Source: Burkholderiaceae bacterium (lineage in GTDB: Bacteria > Pseudomonadota > Gammaproteobacteria > Burkholderiales > Burkholderiaceae_C). Taken from it: DNA of 56,946 nt. Within the stretch, counting starts at the first letter, position 1; each line of letters opens with the position of its first letter. Positions 31,893 through 43,377 of the stretch are shown here, in pieces. The translations under genes were made by a program, and so were the position numbers. The stretch lies in contig JANJVX010000146.1 in NCBI GenBank assembly GCA_024709845.1, forward strand, positions 1-56,946, in the 5' to 3' direction. The notes below the pieces were generated by a model. The model made no database searches and was not told the origin of the DNA. It saw only the letters and a program-made list of their open reading frames with translations.

Positions 31893-33467
31893 TCACACCG
31901 CCGCGCGCACCATGTCTACCGCCTTTTCCGCGATCATGATCGTGGGTGCGTTGGTGTTGCCGCTGACGATGCGCGGCATGATGGACGCATCGACCACGCG
32001 CAGGCTCTGCACGCCGCGCACGCGCAGCTGCGCATCGACCACGTCGTGCTCGCCCGGCCCCATGCGGCAAGTACCCACCGGGTGGTAGATGGTGTCGGCG
32101 TGCTGGCGGATGAAGGCCTCGATCTCGCTGTCGGACTCCAGCACGGGCGCGCTGCCGTAGCGCGCCAGCGCGGGCTGCGCCAGGATCTCCTGCATGCGCC
32201 GGAAGCCATGCACCATGCGGTCCATGTCGGCGCGCTCGCCCAGGAAGTTCGGGTCCACCAGCGGCAGCGCTCTCGGGTCGCCGCTGGCGAGCTGCACGCT
32301 GCCCCGGCTCACGGGCTGCAACAGGCAGACATGGCAGGAATGGCCATGGCCCAGCACCGTCTTGCGGCCATGGTCCACGAGCTTGCCGATGACGAAATGC
32401 AGCTGCACGTCGGGCGCTGTTTCGCAGGGCTGGCTGCGGATGAAGCCCCCCGCCTCGGCGAAGTTGGTCGTCAGCATGCCGCTGCGCCGCTGGCGCCATT
32501 CCTGCACGCCACGCACGATGCGCGCCACGCCGGGCAGGGAGATGCCGAACAGCTCGCTCTGCCCCGGCGCATCGACCACGCGCACCACGTCGGGATGGTC
32601 GTGCAGGTGCGCGCCCACACCCGGCTGGTCGTGCAGCACGGCGATGCCGTGGCGCTGCAACTGTGCGCCGGGGCCGATGCCCGAGAGCATGAGCAGCTGC
32701 GGCGACAGCAACGCACCCGCGCTCAGCAGCACCTCGCGCCTGCAGCGCAGCTGCTGCAGGCGGCCACCCTGGCGGAACTCCACGCCCACGGCGCGGCGCC
32801 CGTCGAACAGCACGCGCGTGGCGTGCGCCCCGGTGAGCACCTGCAGGTTGGGCCGCGCCAGGTGCGGCGTGAGGTAGGCCTTGGCGGCGCTGAAACGTTC
32901 GCCATCGCGGTGCGTGACCTGGTATTCACCCACGCCTTCCTGGGTGGCGCCGTTGAAGTCGCGGTTGTGCGCATGGCCCGCCTGCACGCCTGCTTCGACG
33001 AACACACGGCCGAAGCGGTTGGGCGAGCGCAGGTCCATCACGTTGAGCGGGCCGCCCGTGGCGTGCCAGGCGTCGGCGCCGCGCTCGTTGTTCTCGGACC
33101 TCAGGAAGTAGGGCAGCACATCGGCCCAGCCCCAACCCGGATTGCCCTGCGCGGCCCAGTGGTCGTAGTCCTGCGGCTGGCCGCGCGCGTAGATCATGGC
33201 GTTGATGGAGCTGGAGCCGCCCAGCACCTTGCCACGCGGCTGGTAGCCCCGGCGGCCGCCCAGGCCCGGCTGCGGGGTGGTGTTCAGCCCCCAGCCGTTA
33301 AGCATGTACTTGGCCATCACGGCCAGCCCTGCCGGGCAGTGGATGAGCACGCTTGCGTCCGCCGGGCCCGCTTCCAGCAGGCACACGCGCACGGCGGGGT
33401 CTTCGCTCAGGCGCCCGGCGAGCACGCAACCGGCCGAACCGCCACCCACCACGATGTAGTCGAACAT
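31893..33467 (-). CDS. GMC oxidoreductase (choline/alcohol dehydrogenase-like)
   Basis: GGGSAG, RGKVLGGSSSINAM, SPQLLMLSGIG, YHPVGTCRMG, GNTNAPT; GGAGG SD before ATG 33467. Confidence 0.92.
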   Translation of the reverse strand: MFDYIVVGGGSAGCVLAGRLSEDPAVRVCLLEAGPADASVLIHCPAGLAVMAKYMLNGWGLNTTPQPGLGGRRGYQPRGKVLGGSSSINAMIYARGQPQDYDHWAAQGNPGWGWADVLPYFLRSENNERGADAWHATGGPLNVMDLRSPNRFGRVFVEAGVQAGHAHNRDFNGATQEGVGEYQVTHRDGERFSAAKAYLTPHLARPNLQVLTGAHATRVLFDGRRAVGVEFRQGGRLQQLRCRREVLLSAGALLSPQLLMLSGIGPGAQLQRHGIAVLHDQPGVGAHLHDHPDVVRVVDAPGQSELFGISLPGVARIVRGVQEWRQRRSGMLTTNFAEAGGFIRSQPCETAPDVQLHFVIGKLVDHGRKTVLGHGHSCHVCLLQPVSRGSVQLASGDPRALPLVDPNFLGERADMDRMVHGFRRMQEILAQPALARYGSAPVLESDSEIEAFIRQHADTIYHPVGTCRMGPGEHDVVDAQLRVRGVQSLRVVDASIMPRIVSGNTNAPTIMIAEKAVDMVRAAV

Positions 33468-33563
33468 ATCCGCCTCCTCCGTGTTTGACACACCTTAACC
33501 CAAAGAGAGGGTCAATGCCGCTACGATGGCGGCTGTTGTTTCACTTTGAAGAGAGCACTCCAC

Positions 33564-34412
33564 ATGAGCATTTCCACGGTTGGCATCATCGGCGCAGGCA
33601 CCATGGGCAACGGCATCGCGCAGGCTTGCGCGGTCTCGGGCATCAACGTCGTCATGGTCGATATTTCTGACGCTGCTGTCCAGAAGGGCCTGGCGACCGT
33701 GTCCGGCAGCCTGGACCGCCTGATCAAGAAGGAAAAGATCACCCAGGCCGACAAAGACACGGCCCTGGCGCGCATCAAGACCTCGACCAGCTACGACGAC
33801 CTCAAGGCCGCGCAGCTCGTCATCGAAGCTGCCACCGAGAACTACGAGCTCAAGCTCAAGATCCTCAAGCAGGTCGATGGCATCGTCGGCCCCGAGGTCA
33901 TCATTGCGTCGAACACCTCGTCGATCTCCATCACCAAGCTGGCGGCCGCCACCAGCCGCGCCGACAAGTTCATCGGCATGCACTTCTTCAACCCGGTGCC
34001 GATGATGGCGCTGGTGGAGATCATCCGTGGCCTGCAGACCAGCGACGCCACGCACGACGCCGTGAAGGCGATGGCGCTGGCGCTGGGCAAGAGCCCCATC
34101 ACCGTGAAGAACGCCCCGGGCTTCGTGGTCAACCGCATCCTCGTGCCCATGATCAACGAGGCCTTCTTCGTGCTGGCCGAAGGCCTGGCCACGCCGGAAG
34201 ACATCGACGCCGGCATGAAGCTGGGCTGCAACCAGCCCATCGGCCCGCTGGCCTTGGCCGACATGGTGGGCCTGGACGTGTGCCTGGCCGTGATGGATGT
34301 GTACCTCGCCGAGTTCGGCGACAGCAAGTACCGCGCCTGCCCGCTGCTGCGCGAAATGGTGGCTGCCGGCCGCCTGGGCCGCAAGACGGGCAGCGGCGTT
34401 TACCAGTACTGA
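33564..34412 (+). CDS. 3-hydroxybutyryl-CoA dehydrogenase
   Basis: GAGTMGNGIA, IEAATE, ASNTSS, GMHFFNP, PGFVVNR, GPLALADMVGLD, GRKTG. Confidence 0.93.
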   Translation: MSISTVGIIGAGTMGNGIAQACAVSGINVVMVDISDAAVQKGLATVSGSLDRLIKKEKITQADKDTALARIKTSTSYDDLKAAQLVIEAATENYELKLKILKQVDGIVGPEVIIASNTSSISITKLAAATSRADKFIGMHFFNPVPMMALVEIIRGLQTSDATHDAVKAMALALGKSPITVKNAPGFVVNRILVPMINEAFFVLAEGLATPEDIDAGMKLGCNQPIGPLALADMVGLDVCLAVMDVYLAEFGDSKYRACPLLREMVAAGRLGRKTGSGVYQY

Positions 34413-34430
34413 GCCCCGCGCTCCCCTGCC

Positions 34431-34458
34431 AGGCCGGGCGGTTTCGTCCGGCCTTTTT
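34431..34458 (+). terminator. Rho-independent terminator
   Basis: aggccgggcg-gttt-cgtccggcct hairpin followed by a T run. Confidence 0.8.
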
Positions 34459-34467
34459 CATTGCGTT

Positions 34468-34530
34468 TTCATGATCAAAACGCCCTGTAGCGCCCGCCCA
34501 TCAAGCGCCAATAGCTCTATTTTCAGGAGC
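34468..34530 (-). repeat. Repeat family A copy 7
   Basis: Reverse complement gctcctgaaaatagagct-attggcgcttgatgggcgggcgctaca-gggcgttttgatcatgaa. Confidence 0.82.
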
Positions 34531-34568
34531 ATTTGACGCTATGCCCCTTCATTTCAGAGGGCCTTCCG

Positions 34569-34596
34569 GCAATTCAATTGCACACAATTTAATTGC
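34569..34596. promoter_or_regulatory. Tandem OhrR operators
   Basis: GCAATT-C-AATTGC and ACAATT-T-AATTGC resemble the OhrR box TACAATT-N-AATTGTA; immediately upstream of ohrR. Confidence 0.8.
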
Positions 34597-34613
34597 TGCC
34601 AATAATTCATCCC

Positions 34614-35075
34614 ATGCCCACCGAACACACCACCGACAGCCCCAGCCCCCCCCTCCTGTGGCTCGACAACCAGGTCTGCTTCGCGCTGTATTCGACCTCG
34701 CTGGCGATGACCAAGCTCTACAAGCCGCTGCTCGACGCCATCGGCCTGACATACCCGCAGTACCTCGTGATGCTGGTGCTGTGGGAGCAGGACGGGCCCA
34801 CCGTCTCCGAACTTGGCGAGCGCCTGTTCCTCGACTCCGGCACGCTGACGCCGCTGCTCAAGCGCCTGGAAGCCTCGGGCCTGGTGGCGCGCCAGCGCGA
34901 CCCGCAGGACGAGCGCCGCGTGCGCATCACCCTCACCCCCAAGGGCCGCGCGCTGCGCGATGACGCCGAGAGCGTGCCCGCCTGCGTGCTGCGCGGCAGC
35001 CGCACTGCCCTGCCCGAACTGCAGGCGCTGACGCGCCAGCTGCAGGCCCTGCGCACCCAGCTCGCCCAGGTCTGA
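34614..35075 (+). CDS. ohrR: MarR-family organic hydroperoxide sensor OhrR
   Basis: [43 protein letters not shown]; second C-terminal Cys. Confidence 0.92.
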   Translation: MPTEHTTDSPSPPLLWLDNQVCFALYSTSLAMTKLYKPLLDAIGLTYPQYLVMLVLWEQDGPTVSELGERLFLDSGTLTPLLKRLEASGLVARQRDPQDERRVRITLTPKGRALRDDAESVPACVLRGSRTALPELQALTRQLQALRTQLAQV

Positions 35076-35125
35076 ACCCATTCACCCCCCGCCCGTACCG
35101 GGCACCACCCGCAAAGGAAAGCACC

Positions 35126-35542
35126 ATGGCCTCCCTCGACAAAGTCCTCTACACCGCCCGCGCCCACACCACCGGGGGCCGCGACGGCGCCTCACGCACC
35201 GACGACGGCCGCCTCGACGTGAAACTCTCCTCTCCCGGCACCTCGGGCACCGGCACCAACCCCGAGCAGCTGTTCGCTGCTGGCTACTCGGCCTGCTTCA
35301 TCGGCGCGCTCAAGGCCGTGGGCGGCATGCAGAAAATCGCCATCCCGCAGGACGTGGCCGTGGACGCCGAGGTGGACCTCGGCCCCATCACCGGCGGCTA
35401 TGGCATCGCCGTGCGTCTGCAAGTGCACCTGCCCGGCATGGACCGCGCCGCCGCCCAGGCGCTGGTGGACGCGGCCCACAAGGTCTGCCCCTACTCCAAC
35501 GCCACGCGCGGCAACATCGATGTGACGCTGACCCTGGCCTGA
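35126..35542 (+). CDS. ohr: Organic hydroperoxide resistance protein
   Basis: [33 protein letters not shown]. Confidence 0.96.
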   Translation: MASLDKVLYTARAHTTGGRDGASRTDDGRLDVKLSSPGTSGTGTNPEQLFAAGYSACFIGALKAVGGMQKIAIPQDVAVDAEVDLGPITGGYGIAVRLQVHLPGMDRAAAQALVDAAHKVCPYSNATRGNIDVTLTLA

Positions 35543-35612
35543 TTTCGCCCCGGTGTCGCGCAGGCGGCCCGCCGGGCTTGAGCCCGGGCGCCGCTTGCCC
35601 TACCGTTGCCGC

Positions 35613-36704
35613 ATGAACACCACCACCCTGCTCGTGCGCCAGGACGCCCTGGCCAGCACCACGCTGCGCAGCACCGAACCCGCCCCGCTGGCCGACGGCC
35701 AGGTGCGCGTGCGCGTCGATCGCTTTGCGCTCACCGCCAACAACATCACCTATGCCGCCATGGGCGAGATGCTGGAGTACTGGCGCTTCTTCCCCTCGGG
35801 CGAGCCGGGCTGGGGCATCGTGCCGGTGTGGGGCTTCGGCACGGTGGCCGAATCGCTGCACCCCGATGTGGCGGTGGGCGAGCGGCTCTACGGCTACTGG
35901 CCCATGGCAACCGAGGCAGTGCTCCAGCCCCACAAGGCAACTGCCACAGGCTTTGCCGACGGTGCCACGCACCGTACCGGCCTGCACCCTGTCTACAACC
36001 ACTACCTGCGCTGCGGCGCCGACCCGTTCTACCACCCGGACACCGAAGACATCCAGGCCTTGCTGCGGCCGCTGTTCATCACCTCCTGGCTCATCGACGA
36101 CTTCCTGGCCGACCAGGGTTTCTATGGCGCGGGCACACTGCTGCTGTCCAGCGCATCGAGCAAGACCGCCTACGGCACAGCCTTCCAGCTCGCACAGCGC
36201 GCAGGCGTGCAGGTGGTCGGCCTCACGTCCAGGGCCAACCAGGCGTTTTGCGAAAGCCTGGGCTGCTACCACCGCGTGGTGACCTACGAAGACCTGGAAC
36301 AGATCGCCGCCGAAACGCCCTGCGTCTACATCGACTTTGCGGGCAGCGTGGCGCTGCGCCAGCGCATCCACCAGCATTGCACGCAACTCGCCTACAACTG
36401 CGCCGTGGGCGCCAGCCATGTGGGCGACCTGGGCGGCGCCGGGCAGCTGCCCGGCCCGCGCCCGGTGATGTTCTTCGCCCCCGCACAGGTGAAGAAGCGC
36501 ACGGGTGAATGGGGCACGCAGGGCCTGAACGACCGCCTGGTGGCAGCCTGGCAGGCCTTCAGCAGCGCCGTGCAGGCGCCACCGCAGCCCTGGATCACCG
36601 TGCAGCACCACCAGGGGCCGCAGGCCACGCAAGCATTGTTCCTGGAGCTGCTGCGCGGCCAGGGCGATCCGCGCACAGGCCACATCGCCCGCATGCGGCC
36701 CTGA
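35613..36704 (+). CDS. DUF2855 family protein (MDR-like fold)
   Basis: FALTANNITYA..YWRFFP, PVWGF, LLRPLFITSWL, SSASSKTA, FFAP. Confidence 0.75.
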   Translation: MNTTTLLVRQDALASTTLRSTEPAPLADGQVRVRVDRFALTANNITYAAMGEMLEYWRFFPSGEPGWGIVPVWGFGTVAESLHPDVAVGERLYGYWPMATEAVLQPHKATATGFADGATHRTGLHPVYNHYLRCGADPFYHPDTEDIQALLRPLFITSWLIDDFLADQGFYGAGTLLLSSASSKTAYGTAFQLAQRAGVQVVGLTSRANQAFCESLGCYHRVVTYEDLEQIAAETPCVYIDFAGSVALRQRIHQHCTQLAYNCAVGASHVGDLGGAGQLPGPRPVMFFAPAQVKKRTGEWGTQGLNDRLVAAWQAFSSAVQAPPQPWITVQHHQGPQATQALFLELLRGQGDPRTGHIARMRP

Positions 36705-36740
36705 GCGATCGCCGCTGCGCGCCGTACAGGCGATGCCGAC

Positions 36741-38315
36741 TTAGCCCGCCGCCAGCCGCGCAGACGATGCAAGCGGTACATCGGCCAGTTTGAAACGCCC
36801 CACCAGGCGCTCAAGCACGGCCGCCTGCTCGCTCATGGCACCGGCCGCCGCGGCGCTTTGCTCCACGAGGGCCGCGTTCTGCTGGGTCATCTGCTCCAGT
36901 TCGCCTACGGCGGAGTTCACCAGCTGCATGTCGCCGCTTTGTTCAGCGGTGCTGGCAGTGATCTCCTCGATGATGCCACTGACGCGCTGGACCGATTGCA
37001 CGATCTCCTGCATGGTCTGCCCCGCACGGTCCACCAGGGCCGTACCGGCTTCCACGTTTTCCACCGAGGCAGAAATCAGCGCCTTGACCTCGCGCGCGGC
37101 CTCTGCCGAGCGCCCGGCGAGCGAGCGCACCTCGCTGGCCACCACCGCAAAACCGCGCCCCTGCTCACCGGCGCGGGCGGCTTCCACGGCGGCGTTCAGC
37201 GCCAGGATGTTGGTCTGGAACGCAATGCCGTCAATGACGGCAATGATGTCCACGATTTTCTTGGACGAGCTGTCGATGCGGTGCATGGTGTGCACCACCT
37301 CGCTGACCGACTGGCCACCGCTTTGCGACAAAGTGAAAGCCGAAGCCGCCAGCGCATTGGCCTCGCGGGCCGATGCGGCCGACTGCCCGACTGCGCCGCT
37401 GAGGTGGTCCAGCGTGGACGACGCGCGCTGCAGGTTGGCGGCGGCGGCTTCCGTGCGGCTGGAAAGGTCTTGATTGCCATGGGCAATCTCGACGCTGGCC
37501 GCACCGATGCTGCCCGCCGAGCGCTGCACCTGCCCCACCAGTTCCGCCAGGGATTGCGACATCTGCGCCAGCGCGCGCAGCACCTCGCCCATTTCATCCT
37601 GGCGGCCGGTGACGATGCGCACCGTCAGGTCACCCTCGCCAATGGAGCGCGCCACCTGAACGATGTCGGCCAGCGGCCCGGTCACGCTGCGCTGCACCAG
37701 CCGCGTGCCGATGCACACCGCCACGATGATGACGGCCATGATGCCCGCCACACCCCACACGGTTTTCAGCCGCTCTGTGCCTGCCTTGTCACGCAGCTCG
37801 GTGGCCCCGCGCTCGGTCAGGCGCACCATGTCCTGCTGCGCGCTCTGAAACGCCTTGAGCTTGCCCTGGGTGTCGCTCTGGATGTGCACCTGCAGCGCGG
37901 CAGCGTCGCCCGCGGCCTTGAGTTTTTGCGCGGCTTCCAGCGAAGCCTTCAGCGCCTGCGCCTGCTGGGTGGCGGCGTCCAGCGCGGCGCGCTCCATCGG
38001 GGTGGTGAGCAGCGTGCCCAGCGCCGACTGCACCTGGGCCAGTTCCTGCTGGTCCTGCTCCTGCCCGCCTTGCAGCAGGGCGGCCGAGGCCTCATCGGCC
38101 GCCAGCGCCGCGCCCAGGGTGCGCAGCGCCTGCGCCTCGGCCAGCCCGCGCCAGCGTGCGGACAGCTCCAGCTTGCTTTGCTGGTCGGACTGCTCCTTGA
38201 CCGTGATGGCCTGCGACTTCACCGTGCGCACCGCCGACCCGGCCGACATGAGTACCAGCCCGATACTCACCGCAATGGCAGGCAGCCATATCTTGGTTTT
38301 GATGCTCAACGCCAT
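36741..38315 (-). CDS. Methyl-accepting chemotaxis protein
   Basis: Two TM segments, [34 protein letters not shown]. Confidence 0.95.
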   Translation of the reverse strand: MALSIKTKIWLPAIAVSIGLVLMSAGSAVRTVKSQAITVKEQSDQQSKLELSARWRGLAEAQALRTLGAALAADEASAALLQGGQEQDQQELAQVQSALGTLLTTPMERAALDAATQQAQALKASLEAAQKLKAAGDAAALQVHIQSDTQGKLKAFQSAQQDMVRLTERGATELRDKAGTERLKTVWGVAGIMAVIIVAVCIGTRLVQRSVTGPLADIVQVARSIGEGDLTVRIVTGRQDEMGEVLRALAQMSQSLAELVGQVQRSAGSIGAASVEIAHGNQDLSSRTEAAAANLQRASSTLDHLSGAVGQSAASAREANALAASAFTLSQSGGQSVSEVVHTMHRIDSSSKKIVDIIAVIDGIAFQTNILALNAAVEAARAGEQGRGFAVVASEVRSLAGRSAEAAREVKALISASVENVEAGTALVDRAGQTMQEIVQSVQRVSGIIEEITASTAEQSGDMQLVNSAVGELEQMTQQNAALVEQSAAAAGAMSEQAAVLERLVGRFKLADVPLASSARLAAG

Positions 38316-38404
38316 GCCTTCCCCTTGTCTCCAGACGGGATATGTAACCATTCGTCAAAAGTATGGCACGGCTTGGGGCGTTGCAGGCCAGCGAAAATGA
38401 GGGC

Positions 38405-39445
38405 ATGCACTCTATTCCTGACGCCTCGCCGCTGCACCCCTTCGCCGCCCTCACGCCCGACATGGTGCTCGACGCACTGGCCAGCGTGGGGCTGCATGGC
38501 GACGGGCGGCTCATGGCGCTGTCGTCTTACGAGAACCGCGTGTACCAGGCCACGCTGGAGGACGGCAGCCGCGTGGTGGCCAAGTTCTACCGCCCCGGGC
38601 GCTGGAGCGAGGCGCAGATCCTCGAAGAACACGCCTTCGCCGCCGAGCTCATGGCGGCCGAGGTGCCCGCCGTCGGCCCCATGGTGCTGGACGGCCGAAC
38701 GCTGCATCCGCACGGGGGCTTTGCGTTCTCCGTCAGCCCCTGGCGCGGCGGCCGCCAGCCCGAACTGGACGACTTCGAGGTGCTCGAATGGACCGGCCGC
38801 TTCCTCGCGCGCATCCATGCCGTGGGCGCCGCCCGCCCCTTCGCCGCGCGGCCCATGCTCGATCTGCAGCAGTTCGGCACCGAGCCGCGCGACTGGCTGC
38901 TGGAACACCACCTGATCCCGCTCGACGTGCAATCCGCCTGGCGCGATGCCTGCGATACCGCTCTTGATTTGATAGCTTCTAACGCAGAATCCACGGGATA
39001 TTGTGGCCAATTTTGCTTGAAAGACGCCACCGTTCTGCGCCTGCACGGCGACTGCCACCCCGGCAACATCCTCTGGACGCCGCTGGACGAATGGGGCCGT
39101 GGCGGCCCGCACTTCGTGGACCTGGACGACGCCCGCATGGGCCCCGCTGTGCAGGACCTGTGGATGCTGCTGTCGGGCGACCGGCGCCAGCGCACGCACC
39201 AGCTCGGCGCCCTGCTCGACGGGTACGAGCAGTTCCGCAGCTTCGACCGGCGCGAGCTGGCCCTCATCGAGCCGCTGCGCACCCTGCGCCTGATCCACTA
39301 CAGCGCCTGGCTCGCCCGCCGCTGGGAAGACCCGATCTTCCCCATCAACTTCCCCTGGTTCGGCACCAGCGACTACTGGCGCGGGCAGGTGGACATGCTG
39401 CACGAGCAGATCGAGGTGATGCAGGAGGAGCCGCTGGTGGCGTGA
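38405..39445 (+). CDS. srkA: Stress response kinase SrkA (YihE/RdoA)
   Basis: SYENRVY, KFYRPGRW..ILEEH, RLHGDCHPGN, FVDLDD, PAVQDLWM, RRWEDP.FP..FPWF. Confidence 0.92.
   Translation: MHSIPDASPLHPFAALTPDMVLDALASVGLHGDGRLMALSSYENRVYQATLEDGSRVVAKFYRPGRWSEAQILEEHAFAAELMAAEVPAVGPMVLDGRTLHPHGGFAFSVSPWRGGRQPELDDFEVLEWTGRFLARIHAVGAARPFAARPMLDLQQFGTEPRDWLLEHHLIPLDVQSAWRDACDTALDLIASNAESTGYCGQFCLKDATVLRLHGDCHPGNILWTPLDEWGRGGPHFVDLDDARMGPAVQDLWMLLSGDRRQRTHQLGALLDGYEQFRSFDRRELALIEPLRTLRLIHYSAWLARRWEDPIFPINFPWFGTSDYWRGQVDMLHEQIEVMQEEPLVA
38960..39022 (+). repeat. Repeat family A copy 8, in frame inside srkA
   Basis: gctcttgatttgatagct + 27 nt + ggccaattttgcttgaaa, encoding ALDLIASNAESTGYCGQFCLK; AT-rich patch in a GC-rich gene. 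Confidence 0.8.
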
Positions 39446-39577
39446 AGGCGGCGGGGTGCGCAAGCAGCCGGGGCAAGAATGTATCCAGCGGTGAATCTTG
39501 CGCCTGGGGATGGTTCGGCCGCCTGGCCTGGGCTATCCTGCGCTTTTCACCGCCACTGCGGGCGTCCGCACCAGCCC

Positions 39578-39877
39578 ATGAAAGATCTCCTGCGCACTGT
39601 TTTCTCCATCCGGCAAAAACGCCGCACCCCGCCCGCCGGTCCCGTGCCGCCTGAAGGCGCCTTCATCATTCGCAAAGAGGTGAAGATGGCCGTCAACCAG
39701 CCCATTCCGCGCGATCTGTGGAACTGGATGGTGCTTTCGGGCTGGCGCACCATTCCGGTCAAGAAGGACCGGCGCAAGTCCATGGAGTTGCCCGCAGATG
39801 CGCTGCTGGAGCTCATCCGCGCCCACCCGGCCGAACGTGACGCCGTGCATGCCCGCGTCCTGACGCAGGCGCGGTAA
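39578..39877 (+). CDS. Hypothetical protein (99 aa)
   Basis: Fills the gap; GC-ending codon usage; LWNWMVLSGWR..KDRRK. Confidence 0.65.
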   Translation: MKDLLRTVFSIRQKRRTPPAGPVPPEGAFIIRKEVKMAVNQPIPRDLWNWMVLSGWRTIPVKKDRRKSMELPADALLELIRAHPAERDAVHARVLTQAR

Positions 39878-39906
39878 CTGACTGCGCTCCCGCTGATTTT
39901 CCAAAG

Positions 39907-39942
39907 AAAAAACGCCTTGCACCCCTTCAAGGGCGCAAGGCG
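39907..39942 (-). terminator. Rho-independent terminator of htpG
   Basis: cgccttgcaccc/gggcgcaaggcg stem with a minus-strand T run. Confidence 0.75.
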
Positions 39943-39967
39943 CTGAGGGTGTTGCGCGCTCAGTCTC

Positions 39968-41920
<1,953 letters not shown>

Positions 41921-41998
41921 AGGGGTTGTAGTGACAAATCCAATGCGGGAGAGGGTTGCGCCGCCCGTCCCAACGGCCAAGCCAGCGCGCAGGCGTTC

Positions 41999-42026
41999 AT
42001 TTGGGGGTGCTTGCGCGGGTTTCAAC
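41999..42026 (-). promoter_or_regulatory. Sigma-32 (RpoH) promoter of htpG
   Basis: GTTGAAA-N13-CCCCAAAT versus consensus CTTGAAA-N13-15-CCCCATNT. Confidence 0.8.
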
Positions 42027-42058
42027 CCTGGGCCGCGCCGAGGTTGGCACCGCACAAT

Positions 42059-42121
42059 TCATCAAAAATGATAGCTGCTAGCGCTTGATGGATAAGCGCT
42101 AGAGGCCATTTTTACTGAAAT
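42059..42121 (+). repeat. Repeat family A copy 9
   Basis: tcatcaaaaatgatagct-gctagcgcttgatggataagcgctaga-ggccatttttactgaaat. Confidence 0.9.
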
Positions 42122-42186
42122 CTGCCGGTTTGCTTGGCGCTGCGCGTCGGTCACGGCCCATGCAAGCAGCGCAGCGCGGACCAGCA

Positions 42187-42297
42187 GCCACCGCGCGAGG
42201 ACCGCCCATGCTCCAGGTTCTGGCGCTGGTGGCGTCCCCCTTCCCGCAAAGTGCAGTTTTGCGAGAGAAGGGGGAAGCGGCGCCACCGCTCTGGGGG
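42187..42297 (+). repeat. Repeat family B copy 2
   Basis: gccaccgcgc...gcgctggtggcgtcccccttcccgc-aaagtgcagtttt-gcgagagaagggggaag...ggggg. Confidence 0.8.
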
Positions 42298-42308
42298 ACG
42301 ATCCCGGT

Positions 42309-43244
42309 CTAGCCGTCGGCGGTGATGCGCTGCACCAGCATTTGCAGCATGGCATCGGCCTTCTCGTTGGCGATCTGGCAGGTGCCTGCGGCGGCGTGGC
42401 CGCCGCCGCCGAATTCGAGCATCAGGTTGCCCACATGGGTCTTGCTGCCTCGGTCCAGGATGGACTTGCCCGTGGCAAACACGGTGTTCTGCTTCTGCAG
42501 GCCCCACATCACATGGATGGAGATGTTGGCCGTGGGAAACAGTGCATAGATCATGAAGCGGTTGGTGGCCCAGATGGTGTCCTCGGGCCGCAGGTCAAGC
42601 ACCACCAGATTACCGATCTGGGTGGCGCAGTTCAGGATCTGCTCCTTGGCCCGGGCCGCGTGGTCGTGGTACAGCGCCACGCGTTCCTGCACGTCGGGCA
42701 GCGCCAGGATTTCCTCGATCGTATGGTCTCGGCAGTATTTGATGAGGTCCATCATCAGCGCATAGTTGCTGATGCGGAATTCCTTGAAGCGGCCCAGACC
42801 GGTGCGCGAATCCATCAGGTAGTTCAGCAGCACCCAGCCCTGCGGGTTGAGGATGTCCTCACGCGAATACTGTGCCGAGTCGGCCTGGTCCACCGCCACC
42901 ATCATTTCTTCGGTGATGCGCGGGAAGGTCGCCTTGCCGCCATAGTGGTTGTAGACCACGCGTGCGGCCGAAGGCGCGTGCGCCTCGATGATGTGGTTGA
43001 CATCGCGCCGGCCGGAGTTGCGCACGGTCTCCGATTCGTGGTGGTCGAACACCAGGTGCGCGCCCGGCACATAGGGCAGGTTGGTGGTGATGTCACGCTC
43101 GGTGATCTCGATCTTTCCGTCCTGCATGTCCTTGGGGTGAACGAACAGGATGTCGTCGATCAGATCCAGCTCGTTGAGGAGCACGGCGCACACCAAGCCA
43201 TCAAAATCACTGCGGGTTACCAGACGGTACTTGCGGTCGCTCAC
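42309..43244 (-). CDS. DHH/DHHA1 family phosphoesterase (nanoRNase/exopolyphosphatase-like)
   Basis: TRSDFDG, VFDHH, GGGHAAAG motifs; AAGGAG SD then GTG. Confidence 0.85.
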   Translation of the reverse strand: MSDRKYRLVTRSDFDGLVCAVLLNELDLIDDILFVHPKDMQDGKIEITERDITTNLPYVPGAHLVFDHHESETVRNSGRRDVNHIIEAHAPSAARVVYNHYGGKATFPRITEEMMVAVDQADSAQYSREDILNPQGWVLLNYLMDSRTGLGRFKEFRISNYALMMDLIKYCRDHTIEEILALPDVQERVALYHDHAARAKEQILNCATQIGNLVVLDLRPEDTIWATNRFMIYALFPTANISIHVMWGLQKQNTVFATGKSILDRGSKTHVGNLMLEFGGGGHAAAGTCQIANEKADAMLQMLVQRITADG

Positions 43245-43377
43245 GAGTTTCTCCTTGTTACACATCACTTCAGAGAGCGATGGTAGCAATATCGGGCATG
43301 CCCATGGCACGCACACCCCAAAAAAAGGATGGACGGCGGCTCCCCGGGCTCAGAAGGCGGGAAGGCATCCGGCCCGC

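Noticed and set aside
31893-33467. betA symbol for the GMC oxidoreductase
   Set aside because: No betB/betI context; substrate cannot be inferred from motifs
38348-38376. Sigma-28 promoter for the minus-strand chemoreceptor (CAAG-N15-GACGAATG)
   Set aside because: Too weak a match to TAAA-N15-GCCGATAA
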